Program-made: the position numbers and the translations under genes
Notes under the pieces: model-generated
Told to the model about the DNA's origin: nothing
Database searches by the model: none
The model's input: only the letters and a program-made list of their open reading frames with translations
Assembly: GCA_022797935.1 (NCBI GenBank)
Contig: JAAWLO010000004.1
Coordinates: forward strand, 338-64,337
Source of the DNA: Oscillibacter sp.
GTDB taxonomy: Bacteria; Bacillota; Clostridia; Oscillospirales; Oscillospiraceae
DNA: 64,000 bases
Reading direction: 5' to 3'
Part shown: positions 21,461 to 32,234 of the stretch, in pieces
How positions within the stretch are numbered: the stretch's first letter is position 1
Layout: every line of letters begins with the position of its first letter

Positions 21461-21746
21461 AGCGAACGCTCCTTTTATTTTCATAGACTGTACCGGTCAT
21501 GAATGCCCATGGCTTTTTGCAACCGCCTGACAAATCATTTGTCATCTTTCAGCATAACACATGTTCTTTGATGTGTCCAGCTTTATTTGCGCCAAGACGT
21601 TTGATGGCAAAAAACAGAATCCATATCCATTTCAGCAGCCCCCTGACGCGGTCCGGGTTTCCGTGTCAGGGGGCTGCAGCCGGTCCTCTGTTCTTCCGGG
21701 ATCCTTCCGCCCCGGAACGCGCAGGTCCGCTGCGGAAGTCCCGGCG

Positions 21747-22907
21747 TCAGAAGAGCTTCCGGAAACCCCGCTCCAGGTCCTGTATCAGGTCCCCGCAGTC
21801 CTCCAGTCCCACGGCCACCCGGATGAAATCCGCCGGGATACCCTTTTCCGGGTCCTCCCCCTTGGGGCTGATGAGGGAATGGGGTTCCCCCAGGCTGACC
21901 CAGTGCCGCAGCAGTTTCAGCTCCGGCAGAAATTCATTGTACAGCTTCTCGTGGCTGGTGTCCAGCCGGAAGCACAGCACGCCGCCATAGCGCTTCAGCT
22001 GCCGGGAGGCAATGGCGTGCTGGGGATGCGACGGCAGGCCGGGATACGTCAGGTCCTTGACAAAGGGCTTTTCCGCCAGGTACTCCACCAGCCGCTCCGC
22101 GTTGTCGCAGTGCCGCTCCATCCGCATGGGCAGGGTCTGAAGGCCCCGGGAGACCAGGAAGGAGTTGAAGGGGCTGAGGCAGCAGCCCAGGACTCCCATC
22201 ATCCGCTGCAGCTGGTAATAAATTTCGTGGTCGTTGGTGGAGATGGAGCCCGCCAGGGCGTCTCCGTGGCCGTTCATATACTTGGTCATGCTCTCGCTGC
22301 AGAGATCCGCGCCCAGCTCCAGAGGGCGGCAGAGGTAGGGAGAAGCGAAGGTGTTGTCCACCAGCACCTTCGCGCCGTACTGGTGGGCCAGACGGCAGCA
22401 GGCCGCGATATCCGGCACGTTCAGCAGGGGATTGGCAATGGTCTCCAGGCACACCAGCCGGACATTGCCCTGCTTCAGGCAGGCTTCCAGGGCGTCCAGG
22501 TCCGTCAGGTCCGCCAGGTCTACCTGGGCGTTCAGCAGCCGGGGCAGGTCCTCCCGGACGAAGAAGTAGGTCCAGATATACAGGTCCCGGTTGCAGACAA
22601 TCCGGTCGCCGTTTTGCAGCAGCGCCAGCAGCGGCAGGGTTATGGAGGAGACGCCGCTGGCGGTCACCAGCGTATAGGCCGCTCCCTCCAGCGAGGCCAC
22701 GCAGGCGGACACCGCGTCCCGGGAGGGATCCCCGTGGCGCTGGTAGCTCTCGCCGGTCACCGAGGCATAAATGGGCACGGTGGACCGCCCCGTGTAGTTG
22801 CCCACGTCAATGCAGCGGGTCTCGAAGGCCAGCTCCTCAAATTCGCGGTTCCGCTCGAAAATGGAAGTCCGGTCAATAACCGGCATCAGTTCGGAACTCT
22901 TCCCCAT
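21747..22907 (-). CDS. PLP-dependent cystathionine gamma-lyase/synthase family enzyme
   Basis: ETIANP, VDNTFASP, ESMTKYMNGHGD (PLP Lys), VSLG and IRVAVGLE motifs. Confidence 0.9.
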   Translation of the reverse strand: MGKSSELMPVIDRTSIFERNREFEELAFETRCIDVGNYTGRSTVPIYASVTGESYQRHGDPSRDAVSACVASLEGAAYTLVTASGVSSITLPLLALLQNGDRIVCNRDLYIWTYFFVREDLPRLLNAQVDLADLTDLDALEACLKQGNVRLVCLETIANPLLNVPDIAACCRLAHQYGAKVLVDNTFASPYLCRPLELGADLCSESMTKYMNGHGDALAGSISTNDHEIYYQLQRMMGVLGCCLSPFNSFLVSRGLQTLPMRMERHCDNAERLVEYLAEKPFVKDLTYPGLPSHPQHAIASRQLKRYGGVLCFRLDTSHEKLYNEFLPELKLLRHWVSLGEPHSLISPKGEDPEKGIPADFIRVAVGLEDCGDLIQDLERGFRKLF

Positions 22908-22923
22908 AGGAAGTCACTCCTTT

Positions 22924-23745
22924 TCAGCGGGCGCCATCCTCCGCGTCCACCACACAGACGGTGATTCCTGCGTCCCGAATGCGCTGAAGCTCCTCCGGGT
23001 CGCTTTTGGAGTCCGTGACCAGATGGGTGACGTCGTGAATGGAGCCGAAATAGAAATTGTGGCGTACGCCGATTTTCCGGTGATCGGCCACAACAATCAC
23101 CGGTCCGCCGCAGTGCTGAATCATGGCCTTGTTCACCGCCGGGTCCTGAATCGCCAGGGAGGTCAGCCCGCCCCGGACGCTGATGCCGCTGACCCCCAGG
23201 ACGCACTTCGTGGCGCTGATTTTTGAGATCATATCCACCGCGAAATCCCCCGTCATGGAGGTCTTCATCAGGGTGCCGTTCGGGTCCGAGTTTCCCACCT
23301 GTCCGCCGATGAGCACCAGCTCTGTCCCCGGGCCGCGCCGGATGTTCAGACTGCGGCCGTTGTTGGTGATGATGGTCAGCGGCTTGCCGTCCAGGTACTG
23401 AAAAATCCGCTGGGCGGTGGAGCTGGAGTTCAGGAACACGGAGTCCCCGCTCTCCAGCAGTCCGGCGGCGCATTTCGCAATGGCCTCTTTTTCCGGGCCG
23501 TTGAGCATGAAAAGCGGCTCACTGTCAAAGTTGGGCAGGCTGCCGTAGGGGGAGGACAGCTCCACCGCGCCCAGCCGGACGGTGATTTTTCCCGTCCGCT
23601 CCAGCGCCGCCACGTCCCGCCGCATGGTGGCCAGAGAGACCTGAAAGGCCCCGGCCAGCTCCGTGAGCTTGACATAGTTCTGTTTTTCGAGATAGAGCAG
23701 AATCTCCTTCTGCCGCTTCATGATGGTTGCTCTGCTGCTTTTCAT
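22924..23745 (-). CDS. DeoR/GlpR family transcriptional regulator
   Basis: RQKEIL..VSLATMRRDVAALE HTH; EKEAIAKCAA, SSSTA and ADHRKIG motifs. Confidence 0.92.
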   Translation of the reverse strand: MKSSRATIMKRQKEILLYLEKQNYVKLTELAGAFQVSLATMRRDVAALERTGKITVRLGAVELSSPYGSLPNFDSEPLFMLNGPEKEAIAKCAAGLLESGDSVFLNSSSTAQRIFQYLDGKPLTIITNNGRSLNIRRGPGTELVLIGGQVGNSDPNGTLMKTSMTGDFAVDMISKISATKCVLGVSGISVRGGLTSLAIQDPAVNKAMIQHCGGPVIVVADHRKIGVRHNFYFGSIHDVTHLVTDSKSDPEELQRIRDAGITVCVVDAEDGAR

Positions 23746-23801
23746 GGCTGTTCCCTGCCCTCATTTATTTTATGGAAATTGATGCGTCTGAAACGCGCTT
23801 T

Positions 23802-23993
23802 TATAGCCAGCGCAGTTGAAAAGAATCCAAAGGATTCTTTTTAACAAACCGCCGCCCAGGCGGCGGTTCGAGCCGCAAAGCGGCTGCCTGCGCATGACTT
23901 CCTGGAAAGCGCAAATGCGCTCCGCGCATCGGCGGACCCATGGTCCGCCGGTTGAAAAGGAATTATGACTCCATTTCAACTGCGTTGATTATA
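23802..23993. mobile_element. MITE-like element, family B long copy
   Basis: Inverted ends tatagccagcgcagttgaa / ttcaactgcgttgattata; several internal hairpins; matches 48672-48776 in reverse orientation. Confidence 0.75.
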
Positions 23994-24061
23994 TAAAGCC
24001 AGTATAACAACCTTTTCCATAAAACTCAAGACAGGGGATCTTTTTTTCCAAACAAAACCCG

Positions 24062-25114
24062 TTAAAAGTCCTCTATATGGTACATGGCGATCTCATTGGT
24101 CTCCCGGTTGGCGGCAATCAGCACATCCCGCCCCCGGCTCTCCAGCCGCAGGATATTGGCGGGGCCCCGCCCGCTGTCCAGCACCCGCCGGACATAGGTT
24201 TTTCCGGCTGCGTCCCAGGTGAAGGCGGCCAGCTCCTGCTTTCCCGCCCGGTGTCCCACTATGACCGTGGGCCTTCCGCAGAAGATTCCGCCGTACATGG
24301 CGTGAAGGAATTCCATGGGCTCCCCGTATTCGTAGACCAGCCGGTAAGTACCCGCCTGCTGTTTGTAGATCCGGAAGCGGTCCCCGTGGAAGGGGCTGAT
24401 GGCCGCCAGCTCCGGCTGGCCGTCTCCGTCCAGGTCTGCCAGGACCGCGTCGCTGGCGGGCTCGTCCAGAAGCTGCCGGATGTCCCAGGCGCCACCCGCT
24501 TCCTCTGGGGGGACAAACTGGCAGACGCCGCCCTCCCAGGCCGCCAGACCGGTTTCCGTGCCGCCGTCCAGATACCGGCTGTAGCCGTGATTTTTCAGCA
24601 TCTGGTCCTTCAGCACCGTCAGGGGCAGCTGGGCTCCCTCACGGAAAACGCTCAGGTCTTCGGGCAGCTCCCCGGCGAATACCTGGCCCGGCTGGGACCA
24701 GTCGTCCCGGGTCTCGTGGCCGGATTTCAGGGTGCAGGCCAGAAGATAGTGCCGTCCGTTCCGGGTCAGAATGTCGAACCGGTGGACAAAGGGCAGGTCC
24801 GCCAGGGTCCGTACCTCCCAGCCCCCCTCCGGGCGGGGGGTTACCAGCTCAATCCGGGCCTCCGTGGAATCGTTGGGGGAGTAAAATTTCCGGGTGGTCA
24901 GGAACGCGCCGTCTCCGCCGGGGAGCTGGACGATACTCATCACGCCGCCGGGGCGCTCCCAAATGGTTTCCTGCAGCACCCCGTCCTGGTCAAAGAGCAG
25001 GCAGGGATCGTCCTTCTCCGCCGCCACCAGGAAATGCTGCCTGCCGCGGTAGTGCAGCGGGGCTGTGCAGTAGCACTTGTTCAGCTGGCCAATGACTGTT
25101 TTTTCAACCCGCAT
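24062..25114 (-). CDS. Beta-propeller (FG-GAP/VCBS-like) protein
   Basis: DLDGDGQPEL motif; His motifs VHRF, PFHGD and FLHA; directly downstream of ulaG. Confidence 0.7.
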   Translation of the reverse strand: MRVEKTVIGQLNKCYCTAPLHYRGRQHFLVAAEKDDPCLLFDQDGVLQETIWERPGGVMSIVQLPGGDGAFLTTRKFYSPNDSTEARIELVTPRPEGGWEVRTLADLPFVHRFDILTRNGRHYLLACTLKSGHETRDDWSQPGQVFAGELPEDLSVFREGAQLPLTVLKDQMLKNHGYSRYLDGGTETGLAAWEGGVCQFVPPEEAGGAWDIRQLLDEPASDAVLADLDGDGQPELAAISPFHGDRFRIYKQQAGTYRLVYEYGEPMEFLHAMYGGIFCGRPTVIVGHRAGKQELAAFTWDAAGKTYVRRVLDSGRGPANILRLESRGRDVLIAANRETNEIAMYHIEDF

Positions 25115-25138
25115 ATCCTCTTCCTTTCGCCGCCCGGC

Positions 25139-26242
25139 TTACAGCATGGAGCGGAAGGGGATGTTCTGGGGCGCCTCAAAGCAGTCCTCGAATCCCCGGC
25201 GGTGGTGATAAGCCCGCCGGTCCCGGTCCGTGGGATAGACGTATTTTCCGCCCACCTCCCAGAAGAAGGGGTGGAACTGGTAGTTCAGGCGGTCTTTTTT
25301 CAGGTCGTAGAGCAGCTTGATCTCCTGAACGTCCGCCTGGAAGTTGGTCCAGACGTCGTGGTGAATGGGAATGACCACCTTGCAGCGGAGGGCCTCTGCC
25401 ATGCGGAGAATATCACAGGAGGTCATTTTGTCCGCCATGCCCACGGGATTCTCGCCGTAGGAGCCGAAGGCCACGTCGATATCATAGTCCTTGCCGTGCT
25501 TGGCAAAATAGATGGAGTAGTGGGAGTCGCCGGAGTGGTAGATGCTGCCCCCGGGGGTCCGGATGAGGTAGTTGACGGCTTTTTCGTCCATGTCGGAGGG
25601 GCAGACGCCGGTGAGCTCCTCCCGGTCCGGTCCGGTGGAATCCGTGGTCACCAGACAGGTGCGGTCAAAGGAGTCCAGGGCGAGGATCTCCAGGTCCTTC
25701 ACCCGGACGGAGTCCCCGGGCCGGACAGTGATGCAGCGCTCCGGGGGCACGCCCCACTTCACCCAGGTTTCCACGGACTTCCGGGGGCCAATGAAGGGTA
25801 CAGGGATTTCCCGGCCTTCGGCGTCCTGGGTGGTCATGCCGCTTTGAATCACGTGGGCCGCCCACTCGGCGCTCATGTGGTCCTGGTGGTAATGGGTGGC
25901 CAGGACGGCGTCCGCCTGGTGAAAGCCGAAGGGGTCGAAGACGAAGGGCACCGCCCGGAGGTTGGGCTGCATCCGCCGTCCGCCGCACATGTTGGCCATC
26001 TGGTGTCCCGCCTTCATCTGGCCGTCCCCGTGGGTCCGCTTTCCGTTGCCGCACCAGAGGTCTATGGTGATGTTGGCCCCGCCGGGGGTCTTCAGCCACA
26101 GGCCCGTACAGCCCAGCCACCACATGGCCACCGTGCCGGGGGCCACGGGCTCGGACTCGATCTCCTCGTTCAGCCAGGTGCCCCACTCCGGAAAGGTGCT
26201 GAGAATCCAAGACTCCCGGGTCATCTCGCTAATCTTGCTCAT
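25139..26242 (-). CDS. ulaG: L-ascorbate-6-phosphate lactonase
   Basis: [53 protein letters not shown] and PIHHDVW motifs. Confidence 0.92.
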   Translation of the reverse strand: MSKISEMTRESWILSTFPEWGTWLNEEIESEPVAPGTVAMWWLGCTGLWLKTPGGANITIDLWCGNGKRTHGDGQMKAGHQMANMCGGRRMQPNLRAVPFVFDPFGFHQADAVLATHYHQDHMSAEWAAHVIQSGMTTQDAEGREIPVPFIGPRKSVETWVKWGVPPERCITVRPGDSVRVKDLEILALDSFDRTCLVTTDSTGPDREELTGVCPSDMDEKAVNYLIRTPGGSIYHSGDSHYSIYFAKHGKDYDIDVAFGSYGENPVGMADKMTSCDILRMAEALRCKVVIPIHHDVWTNFQADVQEIKLLYDLKKDRLNYQFHPFFWEVGGKYVYPTDRDRRAYHHRRGFEDCFEAPQNIPFRSML

Positions 26243-26273
26243 GTTGGATCATCCTTTCTTGCTGTATCCGGCC

Positions 26274-27272
26274 TCACTGCGCCGGTGCGGATTCGCCGGT
26301 GCGGAACACCGCCGGGAAATGGCAGGCCACCCAATGGTCCTCCTGCCACGCCTGGGGCTGGGGCTCCTCGGTCCGGCAGCGGGGGCAGGCGTAGCGGCAG
26401 CGGGGGTGGAAGCGGCAGCCGCCGGGCGGGCTGATGGGGCTGGGAACCTCCCCCTCCAGAATGATCTGCTCCTTGCGGCACAGAGGGTCCGCCTCCGGCA
26501 CGGAGGAGAGCAGCGCCTGGGTGTAAGGATGGGCAAAGTTCTGAAAGAGGGACTCCGTAGGCGCCGCCTCCACCAGCTTGCCCAGGTACATCACGCCCAC
26601 CCGTTTCGAGATGTGCTTCACCGCCGCCATGCCGTGGGCAATGAAGAGATAGGAGACGCCCAGACGTTCCTGAAGATCTGCCAGCAGGTTGAGGACCTGG
26701 GCCTGGACGGAGACGTCCAGAGCGGACACCGGCTCGTCGCAGACGATCAGCCTGGGGCTGAAGGACAGGGCCCGGGCCACCACGACGCGCTGGCGCTGGC
26801 CGCCGGAGAACTCGTGGGGGTACTTCTCTCCGTCGCCCTCGTGGAGCCCCACCAGATTCAGCAGCTCCGCCACCCGGGCGGGAATCTCCTCTCGGGGAAG
26901 CAGGCGGTGCTTGCGGATGCCCTCCGACAGGATGGTCCGCACCCGCATCTTGGGATTCAGAGAGCCGTAGGGGTCCTGAAAGACCATCTGAATTTCCCGG
27001 CGGCGTCTCTGAAGCGCCTGCTTGGGGAGGGCGTTCAGATTTTCGCCCCGGTAGAGGATTTCGCCGCTGTCCGCTCGCTGGAGCTGCAGAATCAGCTTGC
27101 CAATGGTAGTCTTGCCGCAGCCGGATTCCCCCACCAGGCCGAAGGTCTCCCCCTGGCCAATGGAAAAGGATACGTCCTCCACGGCGTGCACCTGGGCAAC
27201 GGTTCTCTTCAGCGGGCCTGCCTTCACCGGAAAGCGCTTTTGCAGATGCCGGATTTCCAGCAGGTTTTCCAT
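26274..27272 (-). CDS. Peptide/nickel-type ABC transporter ATPase (OppF/DppF-like)
   Basis: GESGCGKT, FSGGQRQR, CDEPVSALD and C-terminal HPYT...CRFHPRC. Confidence 0.92.
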   Translation of the reverse strand: MENLLEIRHLQKRFPVKAGPLKRTVAQVHAVEDVSFSIGQGETFGLVGESGCGKTTIGKLILQLQRADSGEILYRGENLNALPKQALQRRRREIQMVFQDPYGSLNPKMRVRTILSEGIRKHRLLPREEIPARVAELLNLVGLHEGDGEKYPHEFSGGQRQRVVVARALSFSPRLIVCDEPVSALDVSVQAQVLNLLADLQERLGVSYLFIAHGMAAVKHISKRVGVMYLGKLVEAAPTESLFQNFAHPYTQALLSSVPEADPLCRKEQIILEGEVPSPISPPGGCRFHPRCRYACPRCRTEEPQPQAWQEDHWVACHFPAVFRTGESAPAQ

Positions 27273-28261
27273 TACAGACCCTCCTCCCAATCTCCCATGT
27301 CAAAGGGGCAGCGGACGCTGTGGTCCTCCGTCAGGGGCCGCAGCTCCGGCGGGGTTTCCGCGCACTCCGGACGGCGGTAAGGACAGCGGGGCGCGAAGGC
27401 GCAGCCCGCCGGCAGCTGGTGGAAGCGGGGAACCGTCCCCTGGATGTTGTACAGCCGGTCCACCTGCCGGTTCAGCCTGGGAATGGCCTTCAGCAGGCCC
27501 CGGGTGTAGGGATGGGCCGGTTTTTGGAAGATGGAGCGGACGTCCGCAATCTCCACAATCTGGCCCGCGTACATCACCGCCACCCGGTCGCAGTGCCCGG
27601 CCACAATGCCCATGTCGTGGGTAATCAGTAGGACGGACATGCCGTTTTCCCGCTGGATGTCGTGAATCAGCTTCAAAATCTGAGCCTGGATGGTAGGGTC
27701 CAGGGCCGTGGTGGGCTCGTCGGCAATGAGCAGGTCCGGCTTGCAGCACAGGGCCATGGCGATCATCACCCGCTGGCGCATGCCGCCGGAGAGCTCGTGG
27801 GGATAGCAGCGGACCCGCTTCTCCGGGCTGGGCACCCCCACCAGCGCCAGCATTTCCGCCGCCCGGGCCAGGGCCTCTTTTTTGGTGCACCGGGTGTGGA
27901 GGCGCACCGCCTCAGCAATCTGGGCGCCGCAGGTGAAGAGGGGGTTCAGGGAGGTGAGGGGTTCCTGGAAAATCATAGCGATGCGGCCGCCCCGGATGCT
28001 TCGCATCTCCCCCTCGCTGAGGCGGAGGAGGTCCTTGCCGTCCATCCACACGCTGCCGCCGCGAATCCGCCCCGGCGGGTCCGCAATGAGGCGCATGATG
28101 GACTTGGAGGTCACGCTTTTTCCGGAGCCGGACTCCCCCACCAGACCCAGGGTCTCCTGCCGGCGGATGTGGAAGGAGACGTCCCGCACCACGTCGGCCG
28201 GCACGCCCTCCTGAAAGTAGGAGACGCGCAGATTCCGCACATCAATCAAATGGTCGCTCAC
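27272..28261 (-). CDS. Peptide/nickel-type ABC transporter ATPase (OppD/DppD-like)
   Basis: [16 protein letters not shown] and ADEPTTALD motifs; GTG start. Confidence 0.92.
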   Translation of the reverse strand: MSDHLIDVRNLRVSYFQEGVPADVVRDVSFHIRRQETLGLVGESGSGKSVTSKSIMRLIADPPGRIRGGSVWMDGKDLLRLSEGEMRSIRGGRIAMIFQEPLTSLNPLFTCGAQIAEAVRLHTRCTKKEALARAAEMLALVGVPSPEKRVRCYPHELSGGMRQRVMIAMALCCKPDLLIADEPTTALDPTIQAQILKLIHDIQRENGMSVLLITHDMGIVAGHCDRVAVMYAGQIVEIADVRSIFQKPAHPYTRGLLKAIPRLNRQVDRLYNIQGTVPRFHQLPAGCAFAPRCPYRRPECAETPPELRPLTEDHSVRCPFDMGDWEEGL

Positions 28262-28278
28262 AGAGGTCCTCCTTTCCC

Positions 28279-29142
28279 TCAGCCATCCACGCGGATTTTC
28301 ACGTCCAGGGCGTCCCGCAGGCCGTCTCCCAGGAAGTTCAGGGCAATCACGGCGATCAGAATCGCAATGCCCGGGAACAGGCTCAGCCAGGGAGCCCGGG
28401 AGATGTAGTCGTAGCCGTCCCGCAGCAGGGAGCCCAGGCTGGCGGCGGGCGGCTGGACGCCCACGCCGATAAAGCTGAGAGTGGACTCCGTGATGATGGC
28501 GGAGGCGGCGCTCAGAGAGGTCTGGACAATGATGACGGAACTCATGTTGGGCAGGAGATAGCGCAGGATGATTTCGAAATGGTTCAGGCCGGTGGTGACG
28601 GCGCTCTCCACGTACTCCCGTTCCCGGATGGTAATGGCCATACTCCGGGCCAGCCGCGCGAAGTAGGGCACGTTGGCGATGCCGATGGCCAGCATGATGT
28701 TCCGGGCGCCGGAACCCAGGGCTGTGGCCAGCAGCAGGCCCAGCAGAATGGTGGGGAAGGCGCAGATGGCGTCGATAATCAGGGAGAGCAGCGCGTCGGT
28801 CTTTCCCCCGGCGTATCCGGCGGTAACGCCCAGGGCCGTACCCGCAGCCAAAGCGAAGAGTACCGACGCCAGGCTGATGGAAAGGGAGATTTTCATCCCG
28901 TAGAGCACCCGGGCCAGCAGGTCCCGGCCCAGGTTGTCGGTGCCGAAGAGATGGAGCAGACAGGGGGCCATCTGCCGGTTGGCGGTGTCCTTGACAAAGG
29001 GGTCGTAGGGGTAGAGGACGCTGCCGGAGAGCGCCAGCACCAGAATGATTCCCAGCACAATCAGGCTGGCGAACGCGGTTTTCCGCCGCCGCAGCTTCTG
29101 TAGGCTCTGAAGAAGGGGGGAGCGGATAGGGCTTGTTTTCAT
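28279..29142 (-). CDS. ABC permease (OppC/DppC-like)
   Basis: HLFGTDNLGRD, EYVESA and ESTLSFIGVG motifs. Confidence 0.92.
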   Translation of the reverse strand: MKTSPIRSPLLQSLQKLRRRKTAFASLIVLGIILVLALSGSVLYPYDPFVKDTANRQMAPCLLHLFGTDNLGRDLLARVLYGMKISLSISLASVLFALAAGTALGVTAGYAGGKTDALLSLIIDAICAFPTILLGLLLATALGSGARNIMLAIGIANVPYFARLARSMAITIREREYVESAVTTGLNHFEIILRYLLPNMSSVIIVQTSLSAASAIITESTLSFIGVGVQPPAASLGSLLRDGYDYISRAPWLSLFPGIAILIAVIALNFLGDGLRDALDVKIRVDG

Positions 29143-29178
29143 GATCTCATGCCTTTCTGCCGGATGGCCGTTCTCCCG

Positions 29179-30132
29179 TCAGCGCTTGCTGAGGCTGATG
29201 CGCGGGTCAATGAAGATGTAAATGACATCAGTTATCAGGTTGATGAGAACAATACAGCTCACCACCACCATGGCAATGCCCATGACAATGGGGTAGTCCT
29301 GCTGAAAAATCGCGTCCACCATGGACTTCCCCATGCCCGGCAGGAGAAACAGCGTCTCAATGACAAACACGCCGCCGATCATGCTGTTGATCTGGGAGGT
29401 GATGGCCGTGATGACCGGTACCAGGGCGTTGCGCAGGGCGTGGACCAGAAAGATGTTCAGGTCCCGCTGGCCCTTGGCCCGGGCGGTCATGATGTAATCC
29501 TGGTTCAGTGTGTCCAGCATGGCGCTGCGGGTCTGCCGGGCAATGGGGGCCGACAGGGACAGAGCCAACACCACCGACGGCATCAGCATGGCCTGGAGAT
29601 TTCTGGCCGCGTCCACGCTGAACTTCTCGAAGCCCGACGCGGGAATCCAGCCCAGGGTGACGGAGAACAGCAGAATGAACAGAATGCCCAGCCAGAACTG
29701 GGGAATGGCCACGCCGATCATGGACAGGGTGCTGATGAGGTAGTCAATGGGCTGGTTGCGCCGCACCGCGCAGAGGATGCCCGCCGGTATGCCGATCAGC
29801 ACGGCCAGCAGGGTGGAGAGGAGAATCAGCTCCAGCGTCACCGGCAGACGCTCTTGAATGCGCTTGAGCACCGGCTGATTGGTCAGGTAGGACGTGCCCA
29901 TGTCCCCGGAGACAAAGCGCTTGAGCCAGCTGAGGTACTGGACGTGAAGGGGCTGGTCCAGGCCCAGTTTTTCCTCCAGCTGTTCCAGCTGCTCCACGGA
30001 ACCGCCGGCGTCGCCCAGAATTACCATAGCCGCGTTGCCGGGCAGCAGGTTTATCATGGTGAACATCATCACGCTGACCAGAAGCAGCAGCGGGATGGTC
30101 AGTAAAATCTTTCGTAAAATGGAATGCAGCAT
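29179..30132 (-). CDS. ABC permease (OppB/DppB-like)
   Basis: GLDQPLHVQY, DYIMTARAKG and HALRNAL motifs. Confidence 0.92.
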   Translation of the reverse strand: MLHSILRKILLTIPLLLLVSVMMFTMINLLPGNAAMVILGDAGGSVEQLEQLEEKLGLDQPLHVQYLSWLKRFVSGDMGTSYLTNQPVLKRIQERLPVTLELILLSTLLAVLIGIPAGILCAVRRNQPIDYLISTLSMIGVAIPQFWLGILFILLFSVTLGWIPASGFEKFSVDAARNLQAMLMPSVVLALSLSAPIARQTRSAMLDTLNQDYIMTARAKGQRDLNIFLVHALRNALVPVITAITSQINSMIGGVFVIETLFLLPGMGKSMVDAIFQQDYPIVMGIAMVVVSCIVLINLITDVIYIFIDPRISLSKR

Positions 30133-30246
30133 ACAACACCTCCCGTCTGCGGAAGGAGCCGGGACGGCGGTCCCGCCTCCGTTTGCTCCGCGTGCATTCC
30201 GCCTTGGGCGCGCTCCAGCGGGAGGGACTCCCGCCGGAGAAGCGGG

Positions 30247-31872
30247 TTATTTGTTCAGCCAGGCCTCGGTGAAGACCATGGTGCCGTCGCCGTTGTAGCG
30301 CAGGCCCTGGACCCAGCTGCGGAAGGCGCTCTGCCGGTTGGCGGTGTACAGGTCTACAATGGGGATGTCCCGCTCAAGGAGCTCCTGCATCTGGATGAGG
30401 AGCTGGTCCTGTTCGGCGGTGTCCGTGGTGACGCGGACCTGGCTCAGCAGCTCCTGGAATTCTGGGTCGAAGTACTTGGAGCAGTTTTGAAGGGCCTCGG
30501 GGCCGAAGGTGTAGTCCATCTGGATGTAGGGGGAGGCCTTGGGGTGGCCCAGGTCGTTGATGCGCAGGCCTGCCGGGGCTTCGGGGTCGTAGGAGGCCCA
30601 GAGGGTCTTAACGGTGGCGCCGTCGGTGGGCTTGAGGGTGATGCGGAAGCCCGCTTCACCGGCCTGGGCCTGGAGGAGCTCGCAGACGTCCTGCATGGTG
30701 CCGTAGGTACCGAAGTAGAGGTCAATGTCCACGCCATCCGCGTAACCGGCGTCCGCCAGCAGCTGCTTGGAGGCCGCGGGGTCGAAGCCGTAGTCCTTCC
30801 CGTCCCGGAAGAAGGTCTGGGTGGGGAGCACAATGGTGGGGGTGGTATAGCCATTGCCGCCGGCCAGAACGTCAATGAGTTCCTGGCGGTCAAAGGTGTA
30901 GCTGAGGGCTTCCCGGACGCGGATGTCGTCGAAGGGAGCCTTGGTGGTGTTCATGTAGAGAATGTACTGGGTTTTGGGGGCAATGGTGTAGAGGGTGATG
31001 TCGGGGCTGTTTTCGAAGTCCTCAATGTAGTTGGGCTCGAAGAAGAAGTCCACCACGTCAATGTCGCCGCTCTCCATGTTGGCCGCCATGACGGCCTCGT
31101 CGGCAATGATCTGCACCACCACGCTGTCCAGATAGGGCAGGGGCTGGCCGTCCTCACCGGCGCGGTGATAGTTCTCGTTCCGCACGGCGGTCAGGCTCTC
31201 GCCGTCCAGGAATTCCTCCAGAATGAAGGGGCCGCAGCCGCCCTTCCGGGCAAAGACCTCGGGGTCGTTGGTGGCCTTGAACTCCTCAATGGAGGCAGGG
31301 GAGAGGATGATGCCGATCGGCTGGGACATGACGTTGAGGAAGCTGGAGTCCGGCTCCTTGAAGTGGAAGCGGACCACGGTGTCGCTGACTGCCTCCACGC
31401 TCTCCAGGCTGGCAATGTAGCTGGCCTGGGTGTGGAGGGTGTCCGGGTCCATGTAGTAGTCAAAGGTGGCCTTCACGGCGTTGGCGTCTACGGGGCTGCC
31501 ATCGAAGAACGATGCTCCGGCGGTCAGGGTCATGTCCAGCTGGAGGTTGTCGTCGGACCAGGTCCAGCTTTCGGCCAGATTGGGCTGTGCGGTGAAGTCC
31601 TCTTCGTTCAGCCAGGTGAGGGTTTCAAAGAACAGACAGTAGCTCATCATGTCACCGGCGGTGGCAATGGTCTGCGTGGGGTTGATGGGGGTCACGCCCA
31701 CCCGGCGGAGGGTCAGGGTGCCGCCCCGGACAATGCCGCCGGTCGCTTCCGTCCCTCCGGAAGGGGGTTCTGTCCCGTCGGAAACGGGAGGGGCTCCGGC
31801 GTCCTGGCCGCCGCAGGCAGCAAGGCTCAGTACCAGCAGCAGGGTCAGCAAAAGCACAAAAAACTTCTTCAT
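30247..31872 (-). CDS. Family 5 substrate-binding lipoprotein (OppA/DppA-like)
   Basis: Lipobox LSLAAC; PNLAESW, FFDGSPV and PFDDIRVREAL motifs. Confidence 0.9.
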   Translation of the reverse strand: MKKFFVLLLTLLLVLSLAACGGQDAGAPPVSDGTEPPSGGTEATGGIVRGGTLTLRRVGVTPINPTQTIATAGDMMSYCLFFETLTWLNEEDFTAQPNLAESWTWSDDNLQLDMTLTAGASFFDGSPVDANAVKATFDYYMDPDTLHTQASYIASLESVEAVSDTVVRFHFKEPDSSFLNVMSQPIGIILSPASIEEFKATNDPEVFARKGGCGPFILEEFLDGESLTAVRNENYHRAGEDGQPLPYLDSVVVQIIADEAVMAANMESGDIDVVDFFFEPNYIEDFENSPDITLYTIAPKTQYILYMNTTKAPFDDIRVREALSYTFDRQELIDVLAGGNGYTTPTIVLPTQTFFRDGKDYGFDPAASKQLLADAGYADGVDIDLYFGTYGTMQDVCELLQAQAGEAGFRITLKPTDGATVKTLWASYDPEAPAGLRINDLGHPKASPYIQMDYTFGPEALQNCSKYFDPEFQELLSQVRVTTDTAEQDQLLIQMQELLERDIPIVDLYTANRQSAFRSWVQGLRYNGDGTMVFTEAWLNK

Positions 31873-32009
31873 ATGAAATCCTCCTCTTGTTTTATTGATA
31901 ACCGCCGGAAGCGGTTATTTATAAAATGAATCATAAAATCGAGGGAATGTCTTAAAGTTTTGACGTATTTTTCAGTTTGACTGCCGTATATAAGGCGTGT
32001 ATCGTCTAT

Positions 32010-32156
32010 ATTGTATAGAAATACGCAGAATTTGTCAAGGTTTTCTGTGGAAATCCGTGTATATTTGTTGATTTATTAAAAAATATTCCGTAATTTTTTT
32101 TGCAAAATGACATAAATTTTTCTTTTATTGACAATTATACGGATATATTATATCAT
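32010..32156. promoter_or_regulatory. Divergent sigma-A promoters for the ABC/ulaG operon and the OCD-family gene
   Basis: Minus strand TTGACA(32038-32033)-17-TACAAT(32015-32010); plus strand TTGACA(32128-32133)-17-TATCAT(32151-32156). Confidence 0.7.
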
Positions 32157-32234
32157 AAAAAAGAATTTACCGTCGAATGACGGCGAAGCTCTGTCCTGAT
32201 AAGAAATTCTGCTCATAAAGGAGTGATACCATCC

